Part shown: in pieces, positions 20,599-28,909 of the stretch
Layout of the letters: the number at the start of each line of letters is the position of its first letter
How positions within the stretch are numbered: the first letter of the stretch is position 1
Assembly: GCA_050250895.1 (NCBI GenBank)
Contig: JBFWNU010000001.1
Location: 1,838,884 to 1,902,883 of the forward strand
Direction of reading: 5' to 3'
From: Vulcanimicrobiota bacterium
GTDB lineage: Bacteria; Vulcanimicrobiota; Xenobia; Xenobiales; JADMJV01
DNA: 64,000 bases
Translations under genes and position numbers: made by a program
The notes under the pieces: generated by a model
What the model saw: only the letters and a program-made list of their open reading frames with translations
What the model was told of the DNA's origin: nothing
Databases searched by the model: none

Positions 20599-20607
20599 TG
20601 GTATAAT
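20599..20607 (+). promoter_or_regulatory. Extended -10 promoter for rel-dtd
   Basis: TGgTATAAT just after the upstream stop codon. Confidence 0.6.
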
Positions 20608-20664
20608 CCTCGGTGATGCGCTGGGGGGCGCAGATAGGTTGTGGTGTCCGTCAATCCGAGAGCA

Positions 20665-22905
20665 ATGGATAGAGCAACTCTCGAGAAAGAGCAGCAGGCA
20701 GAGGAGAGACCAGAATCTCTCGACTCGCTGCTAGAAACGATCTCGGGCTACTTCGATCCGAAGGATCGCGAAGTGGTCGAGAACGCGTTCGCTTTCGCCG
20801 AGAAATGTCACCGAGGCCAGACCCGGGCCTCTGGCGAGCCTTATATTCTCCATCCGGTTGAAGTGGCCCAGATTCTGGCCGAATACCGGATGGATTGTCC
20901 GACCATCGTGGCCGCGCTGCTCCACGACACCGTCGAAGACACCGAGGTCAGCCTGGTTGACATCGAGGAGAACTTCGGCGCCGAGGTCCGGATGCTGGTC
21001 GACGGCGTCACCAAGTTGACCGCCATCTACTCTCGCCAGGGCCGCGAGGCTCCCACTCCACGCTCCAAGCAGATGGCTCGAGCCGAGAATCTCCGCAAGA
21101 TCTTTCTGGCCATGGCTCGCGATCTGAGGGTTATTCTGATCAAGCTGGCCGACCGCTTGCATAACTTGAGGACACTGGACATTCTTCGGCCAGACAAACG
21201 GGAGCGTATCGCTTCGGAAACCCTCGAAATCTTTGCCCCCATTGCCTCGCGCCTGGGGGTCTTTCAAATGAAGCGCGAGTTGCAGGACCTTTGCTTCAAG
21301 TATCTCCATCCGGAGGAATACGAAGAGGTGGTGGCCGCCAGCGAGCGCCTGCGCGAGGGTCGCGAAGCGGCCATCGAAGAAGCCGTCGCCCAGATCCAGG
21401 AAAAGCTCAAGCGTCTCAACATCGAGGCCCAACTCGAATGGCGCGAGAAGCACCTTTACAGCACGTTCCAAAAGATGGAGCGAACCAACCGCAGCCTGGA
21501 GGAGATTTATGACCTGGTAGCCCTGCGCGTGATCGTGCCCAGAGTCGAGGACTGCTACAGCGTGTTGGGCGCCATCCACTCGGTGTGGATCCCGATGAAA
21601 GACCGCATCAAAGATTATATCGCGGTTCCCAAATCTAATAACTATCGCTCTTTGCACACCACCGTCTACGGCCCCAATCAGCAGCCGTTGGAGATCCAGA
21701 TTCGAACCTGGGAGATGCACCGGGTCAACGAGTTTGGTATCGCCGCTCACTGGGCCTACAAGGAAGGCAACAAGCCCTCTAAAGACGCCGGCCTGTTCAA
21801 GGAGATCTACCCCTGGATCCGGGCCATTCTCGACTGGCAGGCCGACTCGCGCGACGCGCGCGAGTACATCGAGAACCTCAAGCTTGACCTGCTCTCGAAC
21901 GAGGTCTTCGTGTTCACGCCTCGGGGTGATGTCATCGACCTGCCTAACGGGTCCTGCCCTATCGACTTCGCCTATCGCATCCATACCGAAGTCGGCCACA
22001 GTTGTGTGGGCGCGCGGGCCAACGGCAAGATGGTCCCTCTGACCTACAAGCTTCAGAACGCCGATATTCTCGAGATCATGACCTCGAAGACCGGTACCCC
22101 GTCGCTCGACTGGCTGCGCATCTGCAAGAGCAACCAGGCGCGCAACAAGATCAAGGCCTGGTTCAAGCGCGAACGGCGCGACGAGAACGTGGTTCGCGGC
22201 CGCGAGATGCTGCGGCGCGAGCTGGGCCGCCAGCGAATGGACAACATCCTGTCCGACAACGACATGCTCACTCGAGTGGCTACCCGCCTCAATTTCGTCA
22301 CCGTCGACGACCTCCTGGCCTCACTGGGATATGGCGAGACCACCCTGCCGCAGGTGCTGAGCCGGCTGCGCGACGAGCTGCCCAAGGAGGTCTCTCAGAC
22401 CCTGTTGCCGGCTCCCCGACGCACCGCGGCCAAGAAGGGCCTGGCTCAGGCCATTCGGGTCAAAGGGATGGACAATATCCTGGTCAAGTTCGCTCGCTGT
22501 TGCGCCCCCGTGCCCGGTGACCCCATCGTGGGCTACATCACGTTGGGCAAAGGCGTCTCGGTGCATGTGACCGACTGCTCGAACTTCAAAGCCCTGGTCG
22601 AAAGCTCGCCTGAGCGTTTCATCGAGGTTGCCTGGGATTCGCCCCTGGAAGACCCCATCTATCAGGTCGACATCGAGATCGAGGCGTGGGACCGCTCGGG
22701 CCTGCTATCCGACGTCATGAACGTGATCAACGAGTCCAAGGTGCCGACCCGTTCCTGTCGAGCCTGGGCTCGTAAAGATCGGGCCTGCATCAAGATCGCC
22801 GTCGAGATCGCCCACAAGAAGCAGCTCGAAGAGCTGATGAAGAAAATTCGTCATCTGCGCGATGTCATCCAGGTGGCGCGCATGAGCCAGCTGCGCTCAA
22901 AGTAG
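20665..22905 (+). CDS. relA: Bifunctional (p)ppGpp synthetase/hydrolase Rel (RelA/SpoT)
   Basis: Intact HD hydrolase (ALLHDTVED), KLADRLHN, synthetase YRSLHT/EIQIRT, TGS ([11 protein letters not shown]), ACT; alternative start 20641. Confidence 0.96.
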   Translation: MDRATLEKEQQAEERPESLDSLLETISGYFDPKDREVVENAFAFAEKCHRGQTRASGEPYILHPVEVAQILAEYRMDCPTIVAALLHDTVEDTEVSLVDIEENFGAEVRMLVDGVTKLTAIYSRQGREAPTPRSKQMARAENLRKIFLAMARDLRVILIKLADRLHNLRTLDILRPDKRERIASETLEIFAPIASRLGVFQMKRELQDLCFKYLHPEEYEEVVAASERLREGREAAIEEAVAQIQEKLKRLNIEAQLEWREKHLYSTFQKMERTNRSLEEIYDLVALRVIVPRVEDCYSVLGAIHSVWIPMKDRIKDYIAVPKSNNYRSLHTTVYGPNQQPLEIQIRTWEMHRVNEFGIAAHWAYKEGNKPSKDAGLFKEIYPWIRAILDWQADSRDAREYIENLKLDLLSNEVFVFTPRGDVIDLPNGSCPIDFAYRIHTEVGHSCVGARANGKMVPLTYKLQNADILEIMTSKTGTPSLDWLRICKSNQARNKIKAWFKRERRDENVVRGREMLRRELGRQRMDNILSDNDMLTRVATRLNFVTVDDLLASLGYGETTLPQVLSRLRDELPKEVSQTLLPAPRRTAAKKGLAQAIRVKGMDNILVKFARCCAPVPGDPIVGYITLGKGVSVHVTDCSNFKALVESSPERFIEVAWDSPLEDPIYQVDIEIEAWDRSGLLSDVMNVINESKVPTRSCRAWARKDRACIKIAVEIAHKKQLEELMKKIRHLRDVIQVARMSQLRSK

Positions 22906-22907
22906 TC

Positions 22908-23348
22908 GTGCGGGCAGTGGTGCAGCGGGTCTCGCAGGCCCATGTCGAAGTTTCCGGAGAGGTCGTCGGCCAGATCGAAGCCGGCCTTTTGATCCTGTTG
23001 GGAGTAGCTCCCGAGGACGGAGACACCCAGGCCGCCTGGCTGGCCGAGAAAGTCGCCAATCTGCGCATCTTCGAGGACGCCGAAGGCAAAATGAACGTCT
23101 CGCTCGTCGAGTCGGGCGGTTCGGCCCTGGTGGTCTCGCAGTTTACTCTCTACGGCGATTGCCGCAAAGGACGGCGTCCGAGCTTTATTGGGGCCGCCCG
23201 CCCCGAGCTGGCCGACCGTCTTTACCAGGTCTTCTGCGAGCGCCTGCGGACGCTGGTGCCGAAGGTGGAAGAGGGCGTTTTTCAAGCCACCATGGCGGTG
23301 AACCTGGTCAACGACGGCCCCGTCACCCTGATCCTCGACACACCCTAG
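22908..23348 (+). CDS. dtd: D-aminoacyl-tRNA deacylase
   Basis: RAVVQRV, VSQFTL, KGRRPSF, NDGPVT. Confidence 0.96.
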   Translation: MRAVVQRVSQAHVEVSGEVVGQIEAGLLILLGVAPEDGDTQAAWLAEKVANLRIFEDAEGKMNVSLVESGGSALVVSQFTLYGDCRKGRRPSFIGAARPELADRLYQVFCERLRTLVPKVEEGVFQATMAVNLVNDGPVTLILDTP

Positions 23349-23353
23349 TAAGC

Positions 23354-23381
23354 AAAAAGGCCGCCCTGGTTGGCGGCCTTT
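23354..23381. terminator. Bidirectional intrinsic terminator between dtd and rpsR
   Basis: AAAGGCCGCC-ctggtt-GGCGGCCTTT between convergent genes. Confidence 0.8.
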
Positions 23382-23401
23382 CTAGCTGGTCGGTAGTTCG
23401 C

Positions 23402-23641
23402 TTAGTCGCAGTAGGGGAGCAGAGCCAAAAAGCGGGCCCGCTTGACGGCGGTGGTCAGCATGCGCTGATACTTGGCCGAAGTCCCGGTGATGCGGCGAGG
23501 CAGAATCTTTCCGCGCTCGCTGACGAACTTGCGCAGCAGCCCCACATCTTTGTAATCGATCGTCTTGATCTTATTGGCCGAGAAGTAGCACACTTTCCGG
23601 CGGGGGCGCCGACCGCGACGTTTATAATCCATTGCTGCCAT
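23402..23641 (-). CDS. rpsR: 30S ribosomal protein S18
   Basis: [26 protein letters not shown]...[19 protein letters not shown]. Confidence 0.97.
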   Translation of the reverse strand: MAAMDYKRRGRRPRRKVCYFSANKIKTIDYKDVGLLRKFVSERGKILPRRITGTSAKYQRMLTTAVKRARFLALLPYCD

Positions 23642-23676
23642 AGGTTTAACTCTCGCCAATCTTTTAAATGCCCCCT

Positions 23677-23706
23677 ATTTATGCACATGACCAAGTAGCT
23701 TGTCAA
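23677..23706 (-). promoter_or_regulatory. Probable sigma-70 promoter of rpsR
   Basis: Perfect TTGACA (23706-23701) with AT-rich CATAAAT 17-18 nt downstream. Confidence 0.5.
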
Positions 23707-23810
23707 GGCTCGCTTCGCTCGCCAGGGAGCGCTCGCTTTGCTCGCGGGAGAAGGAGCGCCGACTGCGTCGGCGGGAGTAGGAGCGGCCCTTCGGGCCGGG
23801 ACCAGGGCCT
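23707..23810 (+). repeat. Short hairpin/purine-linker array (same type as 43.6 kb)
   Basis: Hairpins CGCCGAC-TGC-GTCGGCG and CGGCCC-TTC-GGGCCG joined by GGAGAAGGAG / GGAGTAGGAG linkers. Confidence 0.65.
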
Positions 23811-23861
23811 GTCGATGGCGGGGTGAGGGCTGGTCGGCATAGGGGCTTCTCTGACGGCCGT

Positions 23862-23892
23862 AAAAGAAAAAGCCCCGGCTTTCACCGGGGCT
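23862..23892 (-). terminator. Intrinsic terminator downstream of the RRE/Cys-rich gene
   Basis: AGCCCCGG-tgaaag-CCGGGGCT followed by TTTTCTTTT on the minus strand. Confidence 0.8.
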
Positions 23893-23982
23893 GAAGGTCC
23901 AACCAAATGCTCATCTCACTGAAATCAGTTTAGGCCGGCAGCGTCACAAGGGCGTCAAAGGACGCCGGAAGGCCTGAAGCCT

Positions 23983-24552
23983 CTAGGGGCAGATGAAACC
24001 GCTGGCGGTTGGAAAAGGGGCGACACAAGGCGTCCCCACCGACACGCAAATGTAGTAGAACCCATTTGTTCCTCCCCCGCAGGCGGTGTTACAGAAGCCA
24101 CCGTCGCCCCCGGGTGGGCAGGCCGCGACGCAGGAGGAAGTTCGACACTGGGTCTCCCCAGAGGAGCAGGCGCCACCGCCTGACTGGCACTGATTCGCCC
24201 CAACACAGGTCCCAACCAGGGGCCCGCTGTCGGCCGCGGCCGGTTTTGGCAAAGCCACAGTTGCCACGAGGGCTGCCGAGGCCACGGTTTTGAGAAACTG
24301 GCGTCTCGGAGCGTCGTCGAAAGCGATGAGCTCAGCTCGGCTCAATTCCAGCAAAGCGTGTTCGAGTTCGAGCGAAGAAAGGGTGGTGAGGGCCCTTTTG
24401 AGGGCTTCCAAATCAGGATGGGCTTGGGCTGCCTCATAGACGCTGGCCGCTGGCTCACGAAGTGCGTGGACACAGAGCGCAGACGCGTCGTAGATAAGAA
24501 GCTCGTCCCCCACCCATTGGCCAATCAGGCCACGACGGAGCTTTATTTTCAT
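23983..24552 (-). CDS. PqqD/RRE-like domain + twin-arginine-like signal + Cys-rich C-terminal peptide
   Basis: GDELLIYD...VHAL...AASVYE (PqqD-like), RRQFLK + hydrophobic stretch + PAAA, then a Gly-rich tail with 11 Cys. Confidence 0.7.
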   Translation of the reverse strand: MKIKLRRGLIGQWVGDELLIYDASALCVHALREPAASVYEAAQAHPDLEALKRALTTLSSLELEHALLELSRAELIAFDDAPRRQFLKTVASAALVATVALPKPAAADSGPLVGTCVGANQCQSGGGACSSGETQCRTSSCVAACPPGGDGGFCNTACGGGTNGFYYICVSVGTPCVAPFPTASGFICP

Positions 24553-24621
24553 GATGTCAGAATTATTTGATGACATCATGACACTTCCTGCCGGCTCGCG
24601 AAGCTCGGTTTGGAGACGGAG

Positions 24622-24800
24622 CGGCCCTGCGGCCGAGGTCTTCGCGCGAAGCGCCCGGCTGTTTCCTAGCGGCGTCAGCCGCTCTCCTTGTCGTGTGCCA
24701 GGCCGAGGTCTCCGCGCGAAGCCCACGGCTCCCTTTCCCTGCGGCGCAGCCGCAGCTCCCCGTCGACGCGCAGCGTCGAAATCTCAGCCGCAGGCTGCTC
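24622..24800 (-). repeat. Two degenerate units of the 44.27-44.65 kb repeat
   Basis: GGCCGAGGTCT(T/C)CGCGCGAAGC at 24631 and 24701 (70 bp apart), followed by AGCGGCGTCAGCCGCT-like hairpins. Confidence 0.75.
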
Positions 24801-24858
24801 CCTGTTCAGCATAGTTTCAGAGAGTGGGGGTAGGGTGGCCATGGCAGGAGATATACAC

Positions 24859-25905
24859 ATGAACGTTGCCAACCACGCCAAATCACTGGGATTTCCCATT
24901 CCCAAGGACTATACTGGCCCGCCCGACGGGCTGTCTCACCCTCATCACCGCGAGCTACTGCGGCCGGTGGCCCGAGGGCTGCTAAGCCTGGGCTTTCGCA
25001 TCCAGGTCGAAGGGCGCGAGAATCTGCCAGAGGACGGGCCCGTCATCTTTGCCGGCAACCACCCGTCCACGGTCGAACCGGCCCTGATGGACCTGGTCAC
25101 CCTGGGCGACACCCGCTATATGGCCGACTATCCAAACTTTAGCGGCTTCGGGGGCAAAGTGGTGACGGCCATGGGAGCCTATCCCGTGGACCGCCTCAAT
25201 CCTTCGCTCACGGCCGTCAAGCACAGTCTCGATCTGCTCAAAGACGGCGTCAATCTAGGCCTGTTTCCTGAAGGGCAAATGAGTGAAAACCCGCAGCAAG
25301 TGGGTCCTTTCAAGCCCGGAGTGGGCACGCTGGCCGTGCGTGGCAAGGCCGAGGCGGTGGTGCCCATGGCCTTTCACTACAAGCCCGACGACCAGCCTCG
25401 CTGGGGCGAGAAGCTGGCTGGCTGGGGCGCTGCCCTGGCCGTGGGTGCCGGGGCTGTCCTGGCTTCGAGTGCCGGGCCCGCTGCAGCCAGCCTGGCCGGG
25501 GTGGTGACGGGAGCCCTGACCGGCGCTTTCACAGCCGGGGCGGTAGCTCACCACTTTACCAGACCGGCGGATGCCCGGGTGCCTTACAACCAGTTGATGG
25601 CCACCGCCCTGGCGGGAACGGCCGGGGCCGTGGTGGGAGGCGTGTTGGGGGGGCTGGTGCCCAACCCCGTTTTCACCGCGACCGGGTCTCTATCCGTGCT
25701 GGGGATGACCCACGCCTGGCAGCAGCGGCCGGTGGCCGCGGTCAAGATCGGTCAGCCCCTCAAAGTCGAACCTTACACTCAGCAATACGGCCGAAAAGAC
25801 GCCCCGCTCGTGCTCACCGAGGACGTGCACCGGGCCGTCGGCCATCTCAAAGCCGAACTGGGCGGAGCCGCCTACGACGAGTCCGCCCCCAAGGTCCGTG
25901 ATTAG
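24859..25905 (+). CDS. Lysophospholipid acyltransferase (PlsC family) with Gly/Ala-rich hydrophobic insert
   Basis: NHPSTVE (HxxxxD variant), LFPEG, FKPG; AGGAG SD before ATG 24859. Confidence 0.8.
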   Translation: MNVANHAKSLGFPIPKDYTGPPDGLSHPHHRELLRPVARGLLSLGFRIQVEGRENLPEDGPVIFAGNHPSTVEPALMDLVTLGDTRYMADYPNFSGFGGKVVTAMGAYPVDRLNPSLTAVKHSLDLLKDGVNLGLFPEGQMSENPQQVGPFKPGVGTLAVRGKAEAVVPMAFHYKPDDQPRWGEKLAGWGAALAVGAGAVLASSAGPAAASLAGVVTGALTGAFTAGAVAHHFTRPADARVPYNQLMATALAGTAGAVVGGVLGGLVPNPVFTATGSLSVLGMTHAWQQRPVAAVKIGQPLKVEPYTQQYGRKDAPLVLTEDVHRAVGHLKAELGGAAYDESAPKVRD

Positions 25906-25914
25906 GAGTCACCA

Positions 25915-27210
25915 ATGCGAATAACCCATTCCGCCGCCAGAAAACCCCAGATCCCCTCGGTCTTCAAGCCCTACCTGGTCGACCCGCCGGCCCCGGTGCC
26001 TCAGCTGCAGCGTCCCGTGTTGATTGTCCCCGGGGGACGCAGCCAGCGAGTGGGGCTGCCGGCCCTGGTGAATTTTCTCACCGAGGGCAGCCCCAATCAG
26101 TATGCGGGGCACTACAACGTCGAGCAGAAAGACAAGTTCGAAGAGACCTATCGCGAGCACGGCGGCAACGTTTTCACCCTGCAATATACCCACAAGTTCG
26201 GGTCGGTCGAGCGTAACGCGGGCGAGATCAAGCAGGCTATCGAGGACATCCGCCGGGTAACCGGGGCCGATGAAATCGACGTGGTGGCCGAGTGTAAGGG
26301 CTCGGTGGAAGAGCGGCAGTACCTGCACGATGTCGAGGAGGGCCAGGACGGCATTCGCAATCTGGTGCAGTTGGTTCCGCCCAACCACGGTATCCCGGCG
26401 GTGGGCGACGTGACGAACCTTTGGGTTCGCTTGATCGAGGGACTGAAACTACCGGTCAAGAGTTTTCACGGGGTAGCGCTCGATTCGGAAGCGTCCGAAG
26501 CCTATAAGAGCTTTGGGGGTGACTGGAAGGTCGGGCCCCTCGAGGGCAATCCGCGCATTCGCCAGTTCAACTCGCCTGAGAGTGTGGCCAAAGAGAAGCG
26601 GGCGTACCATTCCTTGACGGTGGTCGGCGGCGACGGCCACAACCAGCTCAAGATGATGGGTATGCCGGGGCTGCCGCTACCCTGGCTCCAGGGCGACAAC
26701 GAGTTGCCCCGTTCGGCGGCCTATCTCGAACACGCTGACAACAACTTTTTCTACAACGGAGAGAACGGCGAGCACGCCAAGGTCCAGTTTCATCCCAAGG
26801 CCCTGGCCAAGATCGCCGAGACGCTGGTGACCGACGGCAATCCCAGCCGCGACGAGCACTACGTAGGCGAGCAGCCCAGCATGACCGACATTCGCATTCG
26901 AACCGGCCTCTACGGCGTCTCGCTGGCAGGACGGCTCGGGGCGGCTGGGTTCGCAGTGGCCGGGGCGCCCATGGGTTTGGCCGGCAACGCCCTGGCCATG
27001 GTTGGCCTGGGGTTGACGGCGGTCGATGCCGGTTGGCAAGTCAACCGCATCCTCAAGGGCGAAGAAGAGGTCGTCAAAGGCAGTATCGGCGTGTTGGCCA
27101 AGGCTGCCCAGGTGGCCGGAGTCGGGCTGGCTTTGACCGGCACGGGCTGGCCGGCGGCTGTCTTGATCGGCGGCGGCCTAGCCGCCAGCGCCTGGGCCTG
27201 GCATAACTAG
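25915..27210 (+). CDS. Alpha/beta hydrolase (lipase-like) with hydrophobic C-terminus
   Basis: PVLIVPG oxyanion strand, IDVVAECKG nucleophile elbow, PNHG, GDN, EH. Confidence 0.65.
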   Translation: MRITHSAARKPQIPSVFKPYLVDPPAPVPQLQRPVLIVPGGRSQRVGLPALVNFLTEGSPNQYAGHYNVEQKDKFEETYREHGGNVFTLQYTHKFGSVERNAGEIKQAIEDIRRVTGADEIDVVAECKGSVEERQYLHDVEEGQDGIRNLVQLVPPNHGIPAVGDVTNLWVRLIEGLKLPVKSFHGVALDSEASEAYKSFGGDWKVGPLEGNPRIRQFNSPESVAKEKRAYHSLTVVGGDGHNQLKMMGMPGLPLPWLQGDNELPRSAAYLEHADNNFFYNGENGEHAKVQFHPKALAKIAETLVTDGNPSRDEHYVGEQPSMTDIRIRTGLYGVSLAGRLGAAGFAVAGAPMGLAGNALAMVGLGLTAVDAGWQVNRILKGEEEVVKGSIGVLAKAAQVAGVGLALTGTGWPAAVLIGGGLAASAWAWHN

Positions 27211-27846
27211 CAAGGCCAGCAGCAGCCCCTCCTGCAAGGCGATGGTGGCCTCGGTTTCGAGGATTCGATTAGACAGCGTGCGGCTGCTGGCTCGGGTCAA
27301 GGTTTCACCCTCCAGCGGAAAGGCAAAGCCCTTCAGGTCGACCCCGGTGCAGGTGTCAGAGAGGCAGAGCAAAGAAGCGATCCAGCCCTGGCGTTGGCTA
27401 ATCAGGTGGTTGGGCTCGACCAGAAAGGCCTCCTGGTCGTGGCTGGCCAGGATCGTTCGCATGCCGGCCTGGCGACAGTAGCAAAGACCGGCCACCAGGT
27501 TGAAGAGCAGGTGGTCGGTGCGCCCGCCCAGGGCTCCCAGCACCACCAGGTCGCGGGCCCCCCAGGCGTGAGCCAGCTGCATGGCCAGTTCCAGGTCGCT
27601 GGCGTCTTTGCCCACCGGCAGTCGCCGCACCGGGATACGGCTACGCTCGAGGGCTGCGACTTGCTCCAGGGTCAGGGAATCCAGGTCGCCCACCACCGCG
27701 TCGGGGGTCAATCCGAGGAACATGGCCACGGCGTAGCCGCCGTCGGCACAGATCAGACGGTCGGCGCGAGCGACCTGGTCCCGACAAAAATCGGGATCGG
27801 GGGGCTCGCCACCAGCCAGGATGGCCACGCGGAATCGAGTTTGCAA
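27178..27846 (-). CDS. thiN: Thiamine diphosphokinase
   Basis: ICADGG, VGDLDS, KDASD, GALGGRTDH, TLSN. Confidence 0.9.
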   Translation of the reverse strand: MQTRFRVAILAGGEPPDPDFCRDQVARADRLICADGGYAVAMFLGLTPDAVVGDLDSLTLEQVAALERSRIPVRRLPVGKDASDLELAMQLAHAWGARDLVVLGALGGRTDHLLFNLVAGLCYCRQAGMRTILASHDQEAFLVEPNHLISQRQGWIASLLCLSDTCTGVDLKGFAFPLEGETLTRASSRTLSNRILETEATIALQEGLLLALLVMPGPGAGG

Positions 27847-27880
27847 AGGTTCGTCGGTTTCTGGCTCGAAGCTGCCCGCC

Positions 27881-28372
27881 GTGGATGACGAGCTGAAGCT
27901 TTTCGTCTATGGCTCTCTCAAGCCTGGAGAGTGCAATGACGAGGTGATTTCGGCCTGGGTGCTCGAGGCCCTGCCCGCCAGCATCGCGGGCCAGATGTAC
28001 CTGCGGCCCGACGGCTATCCGGCCCTCTGGCTTGAGGGCACGTTTGCGCTGGGGACGGCTGACTACGAGGCTGACCTGGCTCGTTGCCGTCAGCCGGTAG
28101 TGGGCGGCGGGGGCGGGGTCCAGGGCCAGTTGCTGCATCTGCGTGAAGGACGAACGATGCTGGAACGGCTCGACCAGTTCGAAGGTTACTATCCGGGCCA
28201 GCCGTCCGAATACGCGCGTTTGCTCGTGCCAGTGGCCACGCCCGCGGGCGTGTGCGCGGCCTGGACCTATGCCTGCCCCGAAGGAGGCCCCCGGCCCCGC
28301 TGGGTCGGCATCGATTGCTGGCCCCCGCCAGGCTCGGAAAAACCGGCTCCCTACCGCGTCCCTCCCAGGTGA
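27881..28372 (+). CDS. Gamma-glutamylcyclotransferase (AIG2-like) family protein
   Basis: LFVYGSLKPG, GYPAL, LDQFEG, AWTY. Confidence 0.85.
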   Translation: MDDELKLFVYGSLKPGECNDEVISAWVLEALPASIAGQMYLRPDGYPALWLEGTFALGTADYEADLARCRQPVVGGGGGVQGQLLHLREGRTMLERLDQFEGYYPGQPSEYARLLVPVATPAGVCAAWTYACPEGGPRPRWVGIDCWPPPGSEKPAPYRVPPR

Positions 28373-28400
28373 TGCCCGGCTCGGTTACGAAGGGGGCGCA

Positions 28401-28829
28401 ATGCGCGCACGATTCGTCCTCATTTTGGCTCTGTTGCTGACCTTGCCGGGCCTCGCCCAAGAACAGCTATCGGCTCGATTGACCGTTTATAACCCCGGAG
28501 ATGGTCCGGTGCGGCTCATCTTGAGGGTCGAGAACCTTACCGGTCAGACCGTCACGGTGCCCCAGTCCTCGGGTCAAACCCACGAGTTCGTGATCACTTG
28601 CAAGGGCGAAGTGGTGTGGACCTGGTCTCACCTGCGCTATTTTCTGCAAAGCACTGGCGCGGTGGTGTTTGCGCCGGGCGAGATCAAGGCCTTCGACGCC
28701 GAATGGGAAGGCTTGATGAACAACGGCAAGCCGGCCCCCAAGGGGCACTACCTGGTCGAAGGCTACCTGCTCAACAGCAGCGGTGAGCCGATCCGGGCCG
28801 AGGCGCGTCAGTTGGTGCTCACCCCCTAG
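28401..28829 (+). CDS. Secreted BsuPI-like (proteinase inhibitor) domain protein
   Basis: Signal peptide; SSGQTHEFVI...VVWTWS...F.Q...APGE...W pattern. Confidence 0.7.
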   Translation: MRARFVLILALLLTLPGLAQEQLSARLTVYNPGDGPVRLILRVENLTGQTVTVPQSSGQTHEFVITCKGEVVWTWSHLRYFLQSTGAVVFAPGEIKAFDAEWEGLMNNGKPAPKGHYLVEGYLLNSSGEPIRAEARQLVLTP

Positions 28830-28909
28830 TCGGCCCAGCGGCGCGGCGCGAAGCGCCGAGGCCGGGCGGTTGATGCTGGCTTAACGCCGCGGCTTTAGAG
28901 TGGGGCGGT

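Noticed and set aside
23893-23960. Separate sRNA before the 23.87 kb terminator
   Set aside because: A TAAACT -10 exists on the minus strand, but TTGACG is 20 nt away; a 3' UTR is the simpler explanation.
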